In this document: positions 24,746 to 35,866 of the stretch, in pieces
Layout of the letters: every line of letters starts with the position of its first letter
Position numbering within the stretch: the stretch's first letter is position 1
Source: Dimorphilus gyrociliatus
Lineage: Eukaryota > Animalia > Annelida
Length of the DNA stretch: 64,000 bases
Assembly (NCBI GenBank): GCA_904063045.1
Contig: CAJFCJ010000019.1
Coordinates: 1,311,650 to 1,375,649, forward strand
Reading direction: 5' to 3'
The notes under the pieces: model-generated
Database searches by the model: none
The model's input: only the letters and a program-made list of their open reading frames with translations
What the model was told of the DNA's origin: nothing
Program-made: the position numbers and the translations under genes

Positions 24746-25597
24746 ATGAGTGGCACAGAGTCTCCTGTAGAACCTATTCCAATTAAATATTGCTTCACTG
24801 GAGTAATTTGCAGTTTATTTTGCTTCCAGTATGTTCACAAACAATTATCAACGAACTCTAAAAGTAAGACATGGGAATGGAATAACATATTTGTATCATT
24901 TCTTCATGCTGCTTTTGCCGGTCTATGGACGATAATTTGGTAAGTTTTGTGTGGTAAAACCTTCAATACCGGCCTTTTTTGTCTTGCGCTGTCTTATTTT
25001 ACAACGACGCCATACTGACCTCGTTCAGGTGTTTCTTTTTTTTCCAGCTTAATAAGGGAGCCACAAATCTTCTTTAATCCGATCGACCATTTTTCTGTCA
25101 ATTCATATGTTTTGGTTACATTTTCCACGGGATATTTTATCCACGACGCTTATGATCTAATTTCGGCAGGAAAAGCGTATAAAAACTGGGAGTTGATTAT
25201 ACACCATGCCATCTTAACATTGATGTTCTTCTATAACCTATTTACGTGCAAATGTATAGGCTACAACATACTGGTATTAAGTGTTGAAATCAATAGTACA
25301 TTTCTACATAGTCGAAAGCTAATGCAACTTGGAAAAGTCCCCTTCAATTCATTAATCTATAGGATTAACAGCTGGTTGAACCTTGGCACATTTGTCGTTT
25401 TTAGATTTGGAATTCTATTTCATATATGTGGTGGCTTATTACTCTGGAGAGAAAAAGTATCTACTGTTTATTACGTTTCGATATTCTTTTCGAACGTTGT
25501 TATGATAATAATGAACACAATTCTATTTGGACGTCTTATTAAATCAGACGTATTAAGATCTACGACGAAGTCGTCAAAAACTGAAAAATTGATGTAA
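24746..25597 (+). CDS. TLC (TRAM/LAG1/CLN8) domain membrane protein, TLCD1/2-like; exons 24746-24939, 25048-25597
   Basis: WEWNNIFVSFLHA, FSTGYFIHDAYD, ELIIHH, EINSTFLHSRKL and NLGTFVVFRF motifs; intron 24940-25047 is in phase. Confidence 0.85.
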
Positions 25598-26583
25598 TGA
25601 TAAAAAGAAAAACAAGCAAAAGATTGATGATTTGTAAGATAATCGATCAGATAGGTTTGAACATTTACTTGATTCATTTTTTTCAGACTATTTTGTTACC
25701 AGTTTATATTCATTTTTTAATTACTCTTGTTAATTCTATGCTAATGATATCATTTTAGAATAGCTGCCAATTCTTAATTTCAACGTCGTATTTGAACATC
25801 GAGGGAAAAAACACTAAAAAATATAGGTTTATTACTTTTATTATCTTTCCCTCTTTTTACTTTTTTTTAAACTGGAAACAGAACGACTATAATAAGGTTA
25901 ATAAGAAAAGAACATTTGTAAAAAAAAAGCAAAAAACTTATGTACATTTAATCATATGAAATATTGAACAAAAATTAGGATTGATTTTTTTTAATACACC
26001 TCTAAGGAAAGCAAAGAATGAAAATCGATAGGAAAAATCGAAATAATTAATTTTCCTGATTAGTCTCTGTTTATAAAATCCTACTTATATATTCTATATT
26101 ATTGTACTTTTTGTATTTCTTTTTCGTTAAAATATTTGAAAACAATGTTCAATTACAAGCCAAAACTAAACCTCATTTAGATTGGAGAACAGAGTCAAAC
26201 CTATTTTAGTCTTTTTTTTCATGTTACAATTGAAAAATACAAAACTTGAATGATACTGTTATTATTGTTATTATTATTATTATTATTACAAAAATCAACT
26301 TTTTACTTATAAGAGCGTGTTTTCTTCAAAGAAAATTATGAACGGAAACTACTAGCGCCATCTAACAAATACATTTTGTTAATTAAATATTTGATGAAAA
26401 CCGTGTCTATAAATTTTTATTTTTAACATTCATATTTGATTTATAATTATGTACAATTTATCCATGTTCGGTTATGGCAACCACATCAATCATAACGCCA
26501 AACTTTACAAAAAAAACAACCACATTTGTATGTTCTATACTAATTTGACATCCATCCGACCACGAGGGAAACATTTTTTATTC

Positions 26584-27643
26584 TTATAAAGAAGAGAAAC
26601 GATCCGTAGGTGTCATATTTGTTGGGGACGGAGGACTTGATTCTAACGATGAGAGTAGAATTGAATCACTGGTCGCTTTCTTCATTTGTTCAAATTGAAC
26701 AAGGAGTGAGCCATAACCTTCGTCGTCTTTTAAATTTTTCTTTAATTTTTTAAGAGAAGAGGAGCATTGGCAGGTTTCAGCGTCGTCCTCAACTTCACTT
26801 GCGCAAGCTAATCGGGGTGCAGTCTGCTCTGTAAAAGATTCAATAGAATTTGTGCGGCTCAAATTATACATTGTTTGGTCTTCTAATTGCTTTATGTATA
26901 ATTTCTTTAGTGTTTGGTTCAGCTTTTCTTCTTCTTCCAGCCGTTCCAACAGCACCTTGTAATCATCACTTAAAGTCCTATAGGCGAGCAATGTTGACAT
27001 AACGCCGGTAGATAATTGCGCCATATGCGCTTCGTTTTTGTGACGAGACCGCTCGATATCGAGAATAACAGCTGCTTTCTCGGCTTCAGCTTGTCTTAGA
27101 CGTTCTGCTGATTCTGTTCGTTCTTCGCATAAAAGAGCTTGCATGTGACGCAAACGATTTTCCTTCGCACTGAGTTCGTCTTGAAGAAACTTTGCTTTTT
27201 GATATAGATGACGTCTTTGTGAATAAAGTCTTCCAACTTGTTCTTCCAAGCGAGCAACATTGATTCTTTCCTCCTTTATCATACCTCTTAACTGTACTAA
27301 TTCTGCTTCTAACCTAACCTATAAAAAGACAATAACGAAATATTATATTAGTATAAACTTTGACTTTGGTTTTTAGGTTCGAATATAAAAATAACCTTTT
27401 CGCTTATTTTACGATCCTTCTTACTCAATTTTCCACTTCTCTTTGAAGCGGTTGATTGACTAAGATTGCTCGCCGATGTTGTTGGTAAACATAAATTTCG
27501 GTTTCGGGCGACCAGCCAACTTTTATCTAGACAAGACGGCGGGTGCAGTTCAATTTGATCAACAATCGATCTGTGAGGCAAAAATAAAGCTATATACGTA
27601 AATTTCAAAAACTATAATACACGTCTTCTTACCTATTCGACAT
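26584..27643 (-). CDS. Uncharacterised coiled-coil protein of about 300 aa; exons 27643-27633, 27570-27396, 27318-26584
   Basis: Two ORFs join in phase through canonical GT-AG introns to an 11-nt first coding exon (MSNR-SIVDQ...). Long heptad region and Ser/Pro-rich tail. No family recognised. Confidence 0.65.
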
Positions 27644-28837
27644 TTTCTTATTCTTGTGAAAGAGATTTCAGATGCGTATATGATATTTTAATCATGTTGA
27701 GTTTATTAGCAGAATTATGAATATTTTCCGATTAAAATGCTCAATTTTGAGAGTAAATAATAGAATGTGTTATAAAAAATAAAAACCAAGCTATTTTCTC
27801 TGAACGATCTCGAAATTCACGACGGTTGGTAGTATAGAGTGGCAATAGTATGTGAATTCTTTTTATCTGTAGACATGGACGTAATTTACAGGTATTACTA
27901 AATATATGGTGGAGGCGCGATGTGCAATTGTTCACCAATTCTAAAAGCATTTTGATCAAGATCGCTGTTAGCTAAACTACATAGCCCTCTTTTAAAAAAA
28001 TACCTTTTGTTAACTAGAGATGAAAGAGATTTATTTTACTGATTTATAGTTTCATATTTCCTATTAATCAAAGAATATAATATTTAAAACTTGAAAATAA
28101 ATCGTTGCAAGTGTTTTAAATTTAACATTATATATATAAATTACAATATAGTGAAAAACAGTTCATTGTTATTTTGAGCAATATGCATGACAGCGAATTT
28201 ATTTAAACAAAATAATTCTCCTATCATTAAATTCGCCTTTTAGTCATACCAAAATCGATTTTTCGTTGTAAATTGACATAAAAATAATAAGTAAATTAAG
28301 AAATAATAAATAAAATAACAGAATAACTAAAATAAAAAAATAAGCAATAAAATTAGAATAATTTTAAAATATAAGAAAAATTTAATACGACAATTTTTAT
28401 AAAAAAAACCTCATTGATTAAGTTTGTCGGAGCATGAGCCTTTCTTAAGGCCACGATCTCAGATTTACAATAATGCTCTAAAAATATGAGTTCTATCTTA
28501 TGATATAATATGAAATAAGGCCTATATGTGTCTAAACATATATATTTAAGTATATACATATTTGTTATATGTATATGCATACATGTTGATAAATATGCTT
28601 GTTTACAGATATACGTATATTATTTTCAATAAGTACATTAATATCGTATAAGAAAGGAGAATGACACGAAAGGACTGATAAGGTTTTAGACGAATTGTTA
28701 CGGTAACAGCACATTTTGTTACATATTTCTATTTATATATTACTAGCTTTATATTTAGATAAAATACATTTTTCACAAAATGGTATACGAAATAATACTA
28801 TTAAATAATAATATTTTATAGAATCACATTTTGCTAA

Positions 28838-31177
28838 ATGATCACTCGAACAAGACTAAATTCAACTTCTTCAGACGAGGATTGCATACTCCTGTTTCGG
28901 AGATTATGCATTAGAATTTTAAGATCTCGGAAGCTTTCAATTTGCATTTGTGGGCTGGTTGTATTTTGGGTATGCTCAGCCTTTGTTCTGGTTCCTGTTG
29001 GAGATTCTGTAAATAAATATGAAAAAGATGTAAGTTGTAAACAAATATCAAGCAAATAATAATATAATAAGTTAAAATACATTTTATAATATTCAACAAG
29101 ATTTATCATAAAACGGAAAATATCGTCCTGCCAAAAGGTTCAATAATTGTTAATAGTTAGTATATCTATTTACTTGTTATCATAATATTTTTATTGAGGC
29201 AATTAATTTTACTATTGTTTAATAGAAACCCAATTGGATAGATTGTTAAATCGAATAAATGAATTGGAACAAAAATTGAAAGAAGTACCAACTTCAACCA
29301 AGGCACCAGTTACTGAGAAGAAGGACAATCATATCAATGCTGATGTATCAGAAACTTCTTGTGATGCTCCAAACGATCAATCCTTTCCTGATTGTCAGGC
29401 GAAAATTTCTTGGATGAAAATTCATTGGAGAAGTGATAAATGTTACTCAGAACATGGCGTAGATGGTACAATGTGTTCGTTCCGAAAATATTTATCAGAA
29501 GTAGAGTGGTTTTGTCCTCTATTACCGGGAAGAAAAAGATTTCAATCTGATGATAATCAAAATGTAAATAAAGCAAAATGGAATCCAGATATGGAAGGAT
29601 TAATGCAACTCCTTCAAGAAAAGGGATCCAGGGTAACTCTTGGCTGGATAAAACAGCGTATTAAGGGAATGTGGTCTAAATGGCAACAAGCTGTTAATAC
29701 TTTTCATAATAGAACCATTGAAGTTGGTCCAAGATTAAAAATCTTACTCCATCTAGGCTTACTGACGAAGCAATCTAATTTCAAGATTGCTGAATTACAA
29801 TTCAAAGGGGGCCCTTTGGGTGAATTAGTCCAATGGGCAGATATTATAAGTTCACTTTATGTTATGGGGCACAATATCCAAATAACTACAGAAGTAAATC
29901 AATTGCAGAGAGCGTTAGGTGGCACGAGTCATGCTTCTAGTTGTCCACCTGTGCCAGGTAGATCATCAAATGAAGCAGAGATTATATACACCGATATAGC
30001 AGGCTTAAAACAGCTGAAAAAAATTATTAAAGGTGGTTACGGCCAGGTTCGTTGTAAATTACGAATTGTCGATTCTTTTGGAACAGAGCCAGCTTATAAT
30101 CATGAGGGTTATGCAAAAAGTCATAGACAATTCAAATCAGCCTGGGCTATGCATAACCTCAATCCAAGACAATTTTTTACAATGTTTCCCCATTCCGACG
30201 ATAACTCCTTTATGGGATTTGTTGTTGATATGCCAGTCTTTTCGACTCCGATTCCTGAAAAAGAAAATATAGCATTAGTATATGGCAAGCATGAAAACTA
30301 TTGGGGTACCAAAGAAAAATATCTTGAGGTATTTAAAAAGTATTTAGATGTTCATGGTACTGTTTTTGTACCTAACCCACCTTCAAAAATCATCCCAAGT
30401 TGGGTTCAAAATCATGGTTTACTTAAAGCTACTGATTTAATGACTCTCCTTCAAAGATCAAAGGTCTTCGTTGGCTTAGGCTTTCCATATGAGGGACCAA
30501 ATCCACTGGAAGCCGTAGCAGCTGGAGCAATCTTCATTCAACCCAAGTTTAATCCACCTCACTCCTCTTTAAACAAACCATTTTTTAAGGGAAAGCCTAC
30601 TTCTAGGGCTTTGTCGAGTCAACATCCCTATGCTGAAGAATTTATAGGCGAACCTCATGTTTTTACTGTTGATATAGATAATAAAGAGGAGTTAGAATTA
30701 ACTATAAAAAATGCTTTAAAGGCTCACGAAGAGAAGAGGGTGTACCCTTATCTTCCTAAAGAATTTACACCTGAAGGAATGATAGAAAGGCTATCTGCCT
30801 TCTTAAATCATCAAGATTTCTGTTCGCCATCTCGGTTAAGATGGCCACCTGATTCTTCTGTTCAATTGTTAATGAGTGAAAAGGGACAGAGCTGTTCTGA
30901 AGTCTGCAGAAAACATAAAAGGATATGTGAAGCAAGCCATTTCGAGCGTTTAAATACAGAACAATCTTTGAAAAATATATTGGGCACCTCATGTCGTTCA
31001 GTCAGGAGGGAAGAGGATATTTTTTATCCGGCCTTCCAACCATCCTCCTCTGTTTGTATTTTACAAAGAACACCGTTATTATTCAGTTGTGTAGGAGCTA
31101 AACATGATCTTGTGAGATTTTGTCCATGTAGAGATTTTATATCTGGACAAACTGCTCTTTGTTCTCAGTGTATTTGA
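28838..31177 (+). CDS. MGAT5: Alpha-1,6-mannosylglycoprotein 6-beta-N-acetylglucosaminyltransferase (GnT-V); exons 28838-29029, probable 29101-29155, 29226-31177
   Basis: Type II TM segment; CSFRKYLSEVEWFCP, GGPLGELVQWAD, LRIVDSFGTEP, GLGFPYEGP, GKPTSR and CPCRDFISGQTALC motifs. A 55-bp middle exon is needed to keep the reading frame. Confidence 0.92.
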
Positions 31178-31348
31178 TATATAGTTGAAACCGATCTTTC
31201 ATATTTATTATGATTATAATTAACATTATTTAAAAGTTCTGTGATATAACATTTCTGTTTGCTGCAAGTTTAAAGTACTTGTCCAATTGACGACATGTAA
31301 AAGAAAAAATAAAATTTAATAACATAGAAATTAATATCACAGCCAATT

Positions 31349-34300
31349 CTACACGTAATCAGAAGGTATTCGCTCAAATCTGTCTCTTTTAACTGAATAA
31401 ACCCTCTCGAACCATTTTTTGACCTCAGAGACAATAAAAACCGATGACGTTAGGGTTATCAAAAAGATAAAGTCAGTTATATATAGTGCCTCAGTTTGAA
31501 ATGTACGTTGTAGAGGGGGAAAGTAGACGACCAATAGCTGTCCCAACAAACTACCACCGACTGCCAATAAAAAAGTTCGATTCGTCGTAAATCCCAGCTG
31601 CAAAATAGATTTTTTCTGAGACCTACAAGATAGAGCATTAAACATATCGAATAGAACAAAGCAAGTAAAAGTCATTGTAGTGTCGCGTGGAGTAATTTTA
31701 TTATCTGCCATTTCTCGCCAAAACACCCAGAGAGTTCCACTAACAATAATAGTCGCAGAGAGTAGAACATTTGTCATTAAGGGTCTAGTTATAATTGATT
31801 CTGTGGCTTTGCGCGGTGGTTGCTTGATTGTATCATCATCCACCGGCTCAACACCCAAAGACTGGGCGGGGGGGCCATCCATAATAATGTTTATCCATAA
31901 AATTTGCATGGCGTTTAGAGGATTTGGCAAATTTGCAAAAGTCGAAATGGTAATTAATGTTAAAGCTGCAATACTAGTTGACAATTGAAATCTAACAAAA
32001 TTTCTTATATTATGAAATATGGCTTTTCCTTCTTCCATGGCTGCTTCCATTGTTCTTAAATTATCATCAACTAAAATCACGTCAGCTGCTTCCTTGGAAA
32101 CATCTGTCCCACTCCTGCCCATTGCTATCCCAATATCAGCACTTTTCAGAGCAACAGCATCATTTACTCCATCCCCAGTCATACCGACAATTTGGCCAGT
32201 TGATTGTAGTGCCTTAATGATAACATGTTTATGTCTTGGACTAACTCGATATAATACAGTAGATTCAATTAGCGAAGCTGTAAGTGCCTCAAAACTTAAG
32301 GAGTCAACTTCCTCCCCAGATAGCGTTCTCCTTGACTTTAGACCTAGACGATTAGCAATTGAAACAGCAGTTTCTTCACTGTCGCCTGTGAGCATCTTTA
32401 TCTCAACACCAGTTTCTTGTAATATTGTGATAGCTTCTTTAACTCCCTCTCTGGGAGGATCAATCATTCCAATTAAGCCAACAAAAGCTAAATCACTCAT
32501 TGAAGATCCGTAGGCAGTTGCTAAAACTCTCAAGCCACTCCTTCCCATATTTTTAGCCTGAGACACAAACAAATTGTACTGTTGATTTGTTAATGGCCTA
32601 AGAACTCCTCGTTCATTAAATTTAGTACAATGTTGCAGTATTCTCTCAACAGCTCCTTTCACAAAATAAGTCTGAGCATCTTCATTACCACGAACAGCGG
32701 CTTTTACAGTCATCATCTTAGTATCCGAATTAAAGGGCCATTCTTGAAGGCGAATATATTGATTTCGAATGGAATACATATCCATTTTAACTGCTGCTGC
32801 CAGAATAGCTCCCTCAGTTGGCTGACCATGAAGTTCACCATCAACAATTTGAGCATTATTGCAAATGACACCAATTTCAACAATTTTAACAAGTGAAGGA
32901 TGATTTTCTGGGTTGACCGTTTCACCACGACATACAACTTGTCCCGTTCCACTATAACCTAATCCGGTTGCCTGTAAAGAAATTTTAATATTATCATCTC
33001 CGAATTATTAATAATTAGAAATTATAATGTATCATAAATACGAATAGAATTTTTTTTTAAATAGAGAATCAGCATACTTAAAGATATAAATGATGAAAAA
33101 AAGATTACAAGATTAGCAGATATTTCTGTTAAATTATCAGAATCATTTATTTAAAATCTTAAATATCCGGCATGTTGTCATATTTAAGTCTTTTTTTGTC
33201 AATATTGGGAGAAAATTATCAGATTTTGCATCAACAAAAGACAAAGAAATCGAATTGAAATTTGGAACCATATTTATATGCAATAAATATATACACAATA
33301 TATATGTATATACATGTATATATGTATATATATAATATCGTATACATCATAATAATGCATATGTGCTTTTGAAAATAACGACTCCACATACCACATGGTA
33401 TACTGTATAAAATCAAGCGTGAATGAAACAACATTAACTTGCTTACCGATATATCTTTAAGCTAATGTAAAAGGTAGAAAATAGTCAAAATTGTTATATG
33501 GAAATACTTAAGTAGGATATTTGTAATTCTTTTTTAATAGTTATTTTTGAAAATAGAATTAATTTTTATCAAGTACACATTGGTATACTCCGAGTACTAC
33601 TATTTATAGATTAAATTTTTAATGACACTGAGAGCAAATGAACTTAAAGAGTCGATAATAGTTTTGAGTTTATGAACAATTCTCTATGAAATCTTTTAGA
33701 AATAAAATAACAGCGGAATAATATCAATAAATTATTGATTTTTAAAGAAAAAAATTCCTTACCTCGGCTTCATCTCCATCTGAACTCACTATTCTTGTAA
33801 CAGTCATTTCATTCTTTGTTAACGTTCCTGTTTTATCGGAACAAATCACATTAACACAGCCGAGCGTCTCTACAATCGGCAATTTTTTTACTATAGCTTT
33901 CTTTTTCGCCATTCTCATCACACCAATGGCCAATGTCACAGTTACAACAATCGGAAGACCTTCTGGAATTGCAGCAACCGCCAAAGAAACTCCTATATTA
34001 AACATCTTTAGCAATTTACGTCCCTGAATCCAACCAGTTACCATAATTAGTCCAATTACTATAAAAGAATAAGCCGACAGCTGTTTCCCCAAAAGACTCA
34101 TAGATTTTTGTAATGGCGTTTTCGGCGGTTCTTCTGCCTTCATAATTCGAAATATTTCCCCAAATTCGGAATTATCACCCGTACCAATGACTACCCCTTT
34201 TCCATTCCCACATCTTACTAATGTACCCATGAAAGCTATATTCTGCATATCAGTTACATTAAATGCTTTTTCCCCTCGCAGAGATTCTGTTAATTTTCTG

Positions 34301-34854
34301 GCCGGTTCAGTTTCCCCAGTGAAAGAGGATTCGTCAATAGCCAGATCGAAAGCCTCGAATATTCTTATATCAGCAGGAACTCGATCACCAGTAGATAAGG
34401 ATACAATATCACCAGGTACAAGCTCTCGAGCAAGGAATGTTTCATATTTTCCATTCCTGAGACAGTGGCATTTTGGAGGCACAAGTTTAGTTAGAGCCTC
34501 CAAGGACTTTTCAGAGCGATACTCTTGAACAAAAGCAACAGTAACGACAATAATAATTGCAACAGTAATACTAATTGCATCATCAAATTGCCTCATAAAC
34601 AAACTAACGATAGCTGAACCTAAAAGCAACATTATTAGAGGATCTTTAAATTGACTTAAGTATTTTTTCCATAGTGGTTCATCTTCATTGATTTCGAAGT
34701 CATTTAGTCCATGGATTCGCTGCCGAACAGCAGCATCGTTATGACTCAAACCATGTTGAATATCTGATCTCATTAAGTGTAAGACATCATCACTGGTCAT
34801 ATGACAAGCTTCATCAGCTTTCAGGCAATTGATCATTTTTTCTTGATCGGCCAT
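31349..34854 (-). CDS. ATP2C1: Secretory pathway Ca2+/Mn2+-ATPase (SPCA/PMR1); exons 34854-33763, 32971-31349
   Basis: [32 protein letters not shown] and [13 protein letters not shown] motifs. One 791-bp coding intron (32972-33762). The likely start is MADQEK at 34854. Confidence 0.95.
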
Positions 34855-35074
34855 CTGATGATACGACAAAACTAGCTCCAATTATCGCTCATTTGCTCCT
34901 ATTTTTCACTTGTGTTGATAAAAAAAACTGTTTTCTGTCAAATATGAAAAGCAAGTAAGCTAAGTTCTTCTGTATTTGTAGAAAAATGAATAATCCAAGA
35001 TTCGTTATAATCAGAGTCGACCAGACTGTATTCTTTCAAAGTCTATTAGGACGTTGACAAATAATGTGGCATAG

Positions 35075-35120
35075 GCATAAAGATGGCAGCACAGACGTGT
35101 CGGAAGCTGATTGGTTGACT
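35075..35120 (-). promoter_or_regulatory. Housekeeping-type promoter motifs upstream of ATP2C1 (YY1-like, ETS-like, CCAAT)
   Basis: AAGATGGC 35080-35087, CGGAAG 35101-35106, ATTGG 35110-35114. Confidence 0.45.
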
Positions 35121-35302
35121 ACTAGCTAGTCAAAAAGAACCTGAATAATAAGAAATATTGATATTCTAAACACGAAAGCGAGAAAATAGCATGTTCTATT
35201 TTATACATAAAAAGAAATTGAACCAATTCAAATACATGTTATGTTATTTCATGGCTTATGTTTGTTAAAAATAGCACGAAAATGTCAATTTCTTGTATGT
35301 TT

Positions 35303-35716
35303 TTAAAGTTCTTCTTTGCAATATCTCTTTCGAATATCGGCGATGTTAATACCTTGTTTTTCCAGAGTAAGAAGCTGTGATTTTAAGGCGTCATTTTCCT
35401 GCTGTAATTCAAATATGCTCCATCGTAGGGAGCGTAAAATAGATCTCTTTTCACTTATTTGAGTGCATTTGACTCGACATCGTCCACGAAGAAGACATAG
35501 TCTACTTCCTAAGTCACTTAGTTCCTCCTTTTGTCCCTTGCTCTTTAGGTCCATTGATTGATATCCTCTTTTCATATCTTCCAAATCTCTACGTAATGTA
35601 GTTGTCTCTTCCGTCATCTGTAACTTGAGAGTGTTAAAAATAGGTTTACAAGTTGTTTCATCCAAAAGTTGGGGAAGTGGGGTCTGATACCGAGAAGGAG
35701 GAACGCTGCTGGTCAT
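35303..35716 (-). CDS. Small orphan coiled-coil/leucine-zipper-like protein (137 aa), intronless
   Basis: ATG-initiated 137-codon ORF with heptad repeats. It is GC-richer than its flanks and has a perfect CRE palindrome TGACGTCA at 35781-35788 upstream. Confidence 0.55.
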   Translation of the reverse strand: MTSSVPPSRYQTPLPQLLDETTCKPIFNTLKLQMTEETTTLRRDLEDMKRGYQSMDLKSKGQKEELSDLGSRLCLLRGRCRVKCTQISEKRSILRSLRWSIFELQQENDALKSQLLTLEKQGINIADIRKRYCKEEL

Positions 35717-35866
35717 TTTATATTATAAATGACTAGATTAGTCAGAAATTTTGTTTTTAATATTTCAAAAGGGTTTTTAGTGACGTCATTAGAAAAGGAA
35801 CTTATCATTTGTTAATTTTTTTTAATTGCACTGTATTGTATTAAATATTAAAACTAATGTTAAAAA

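Noticed and set aside
31680-34528. Long antisense ORFs opposite ATP2C1 (31680-31988, 32019-32513, 34187-34528) and similar ones opposite the CYPs, MFS and DDX10
   Set aside because: These are shadow ORFs explained by codon bias of the real gene on the other strand, and they show no recognisable motifs.
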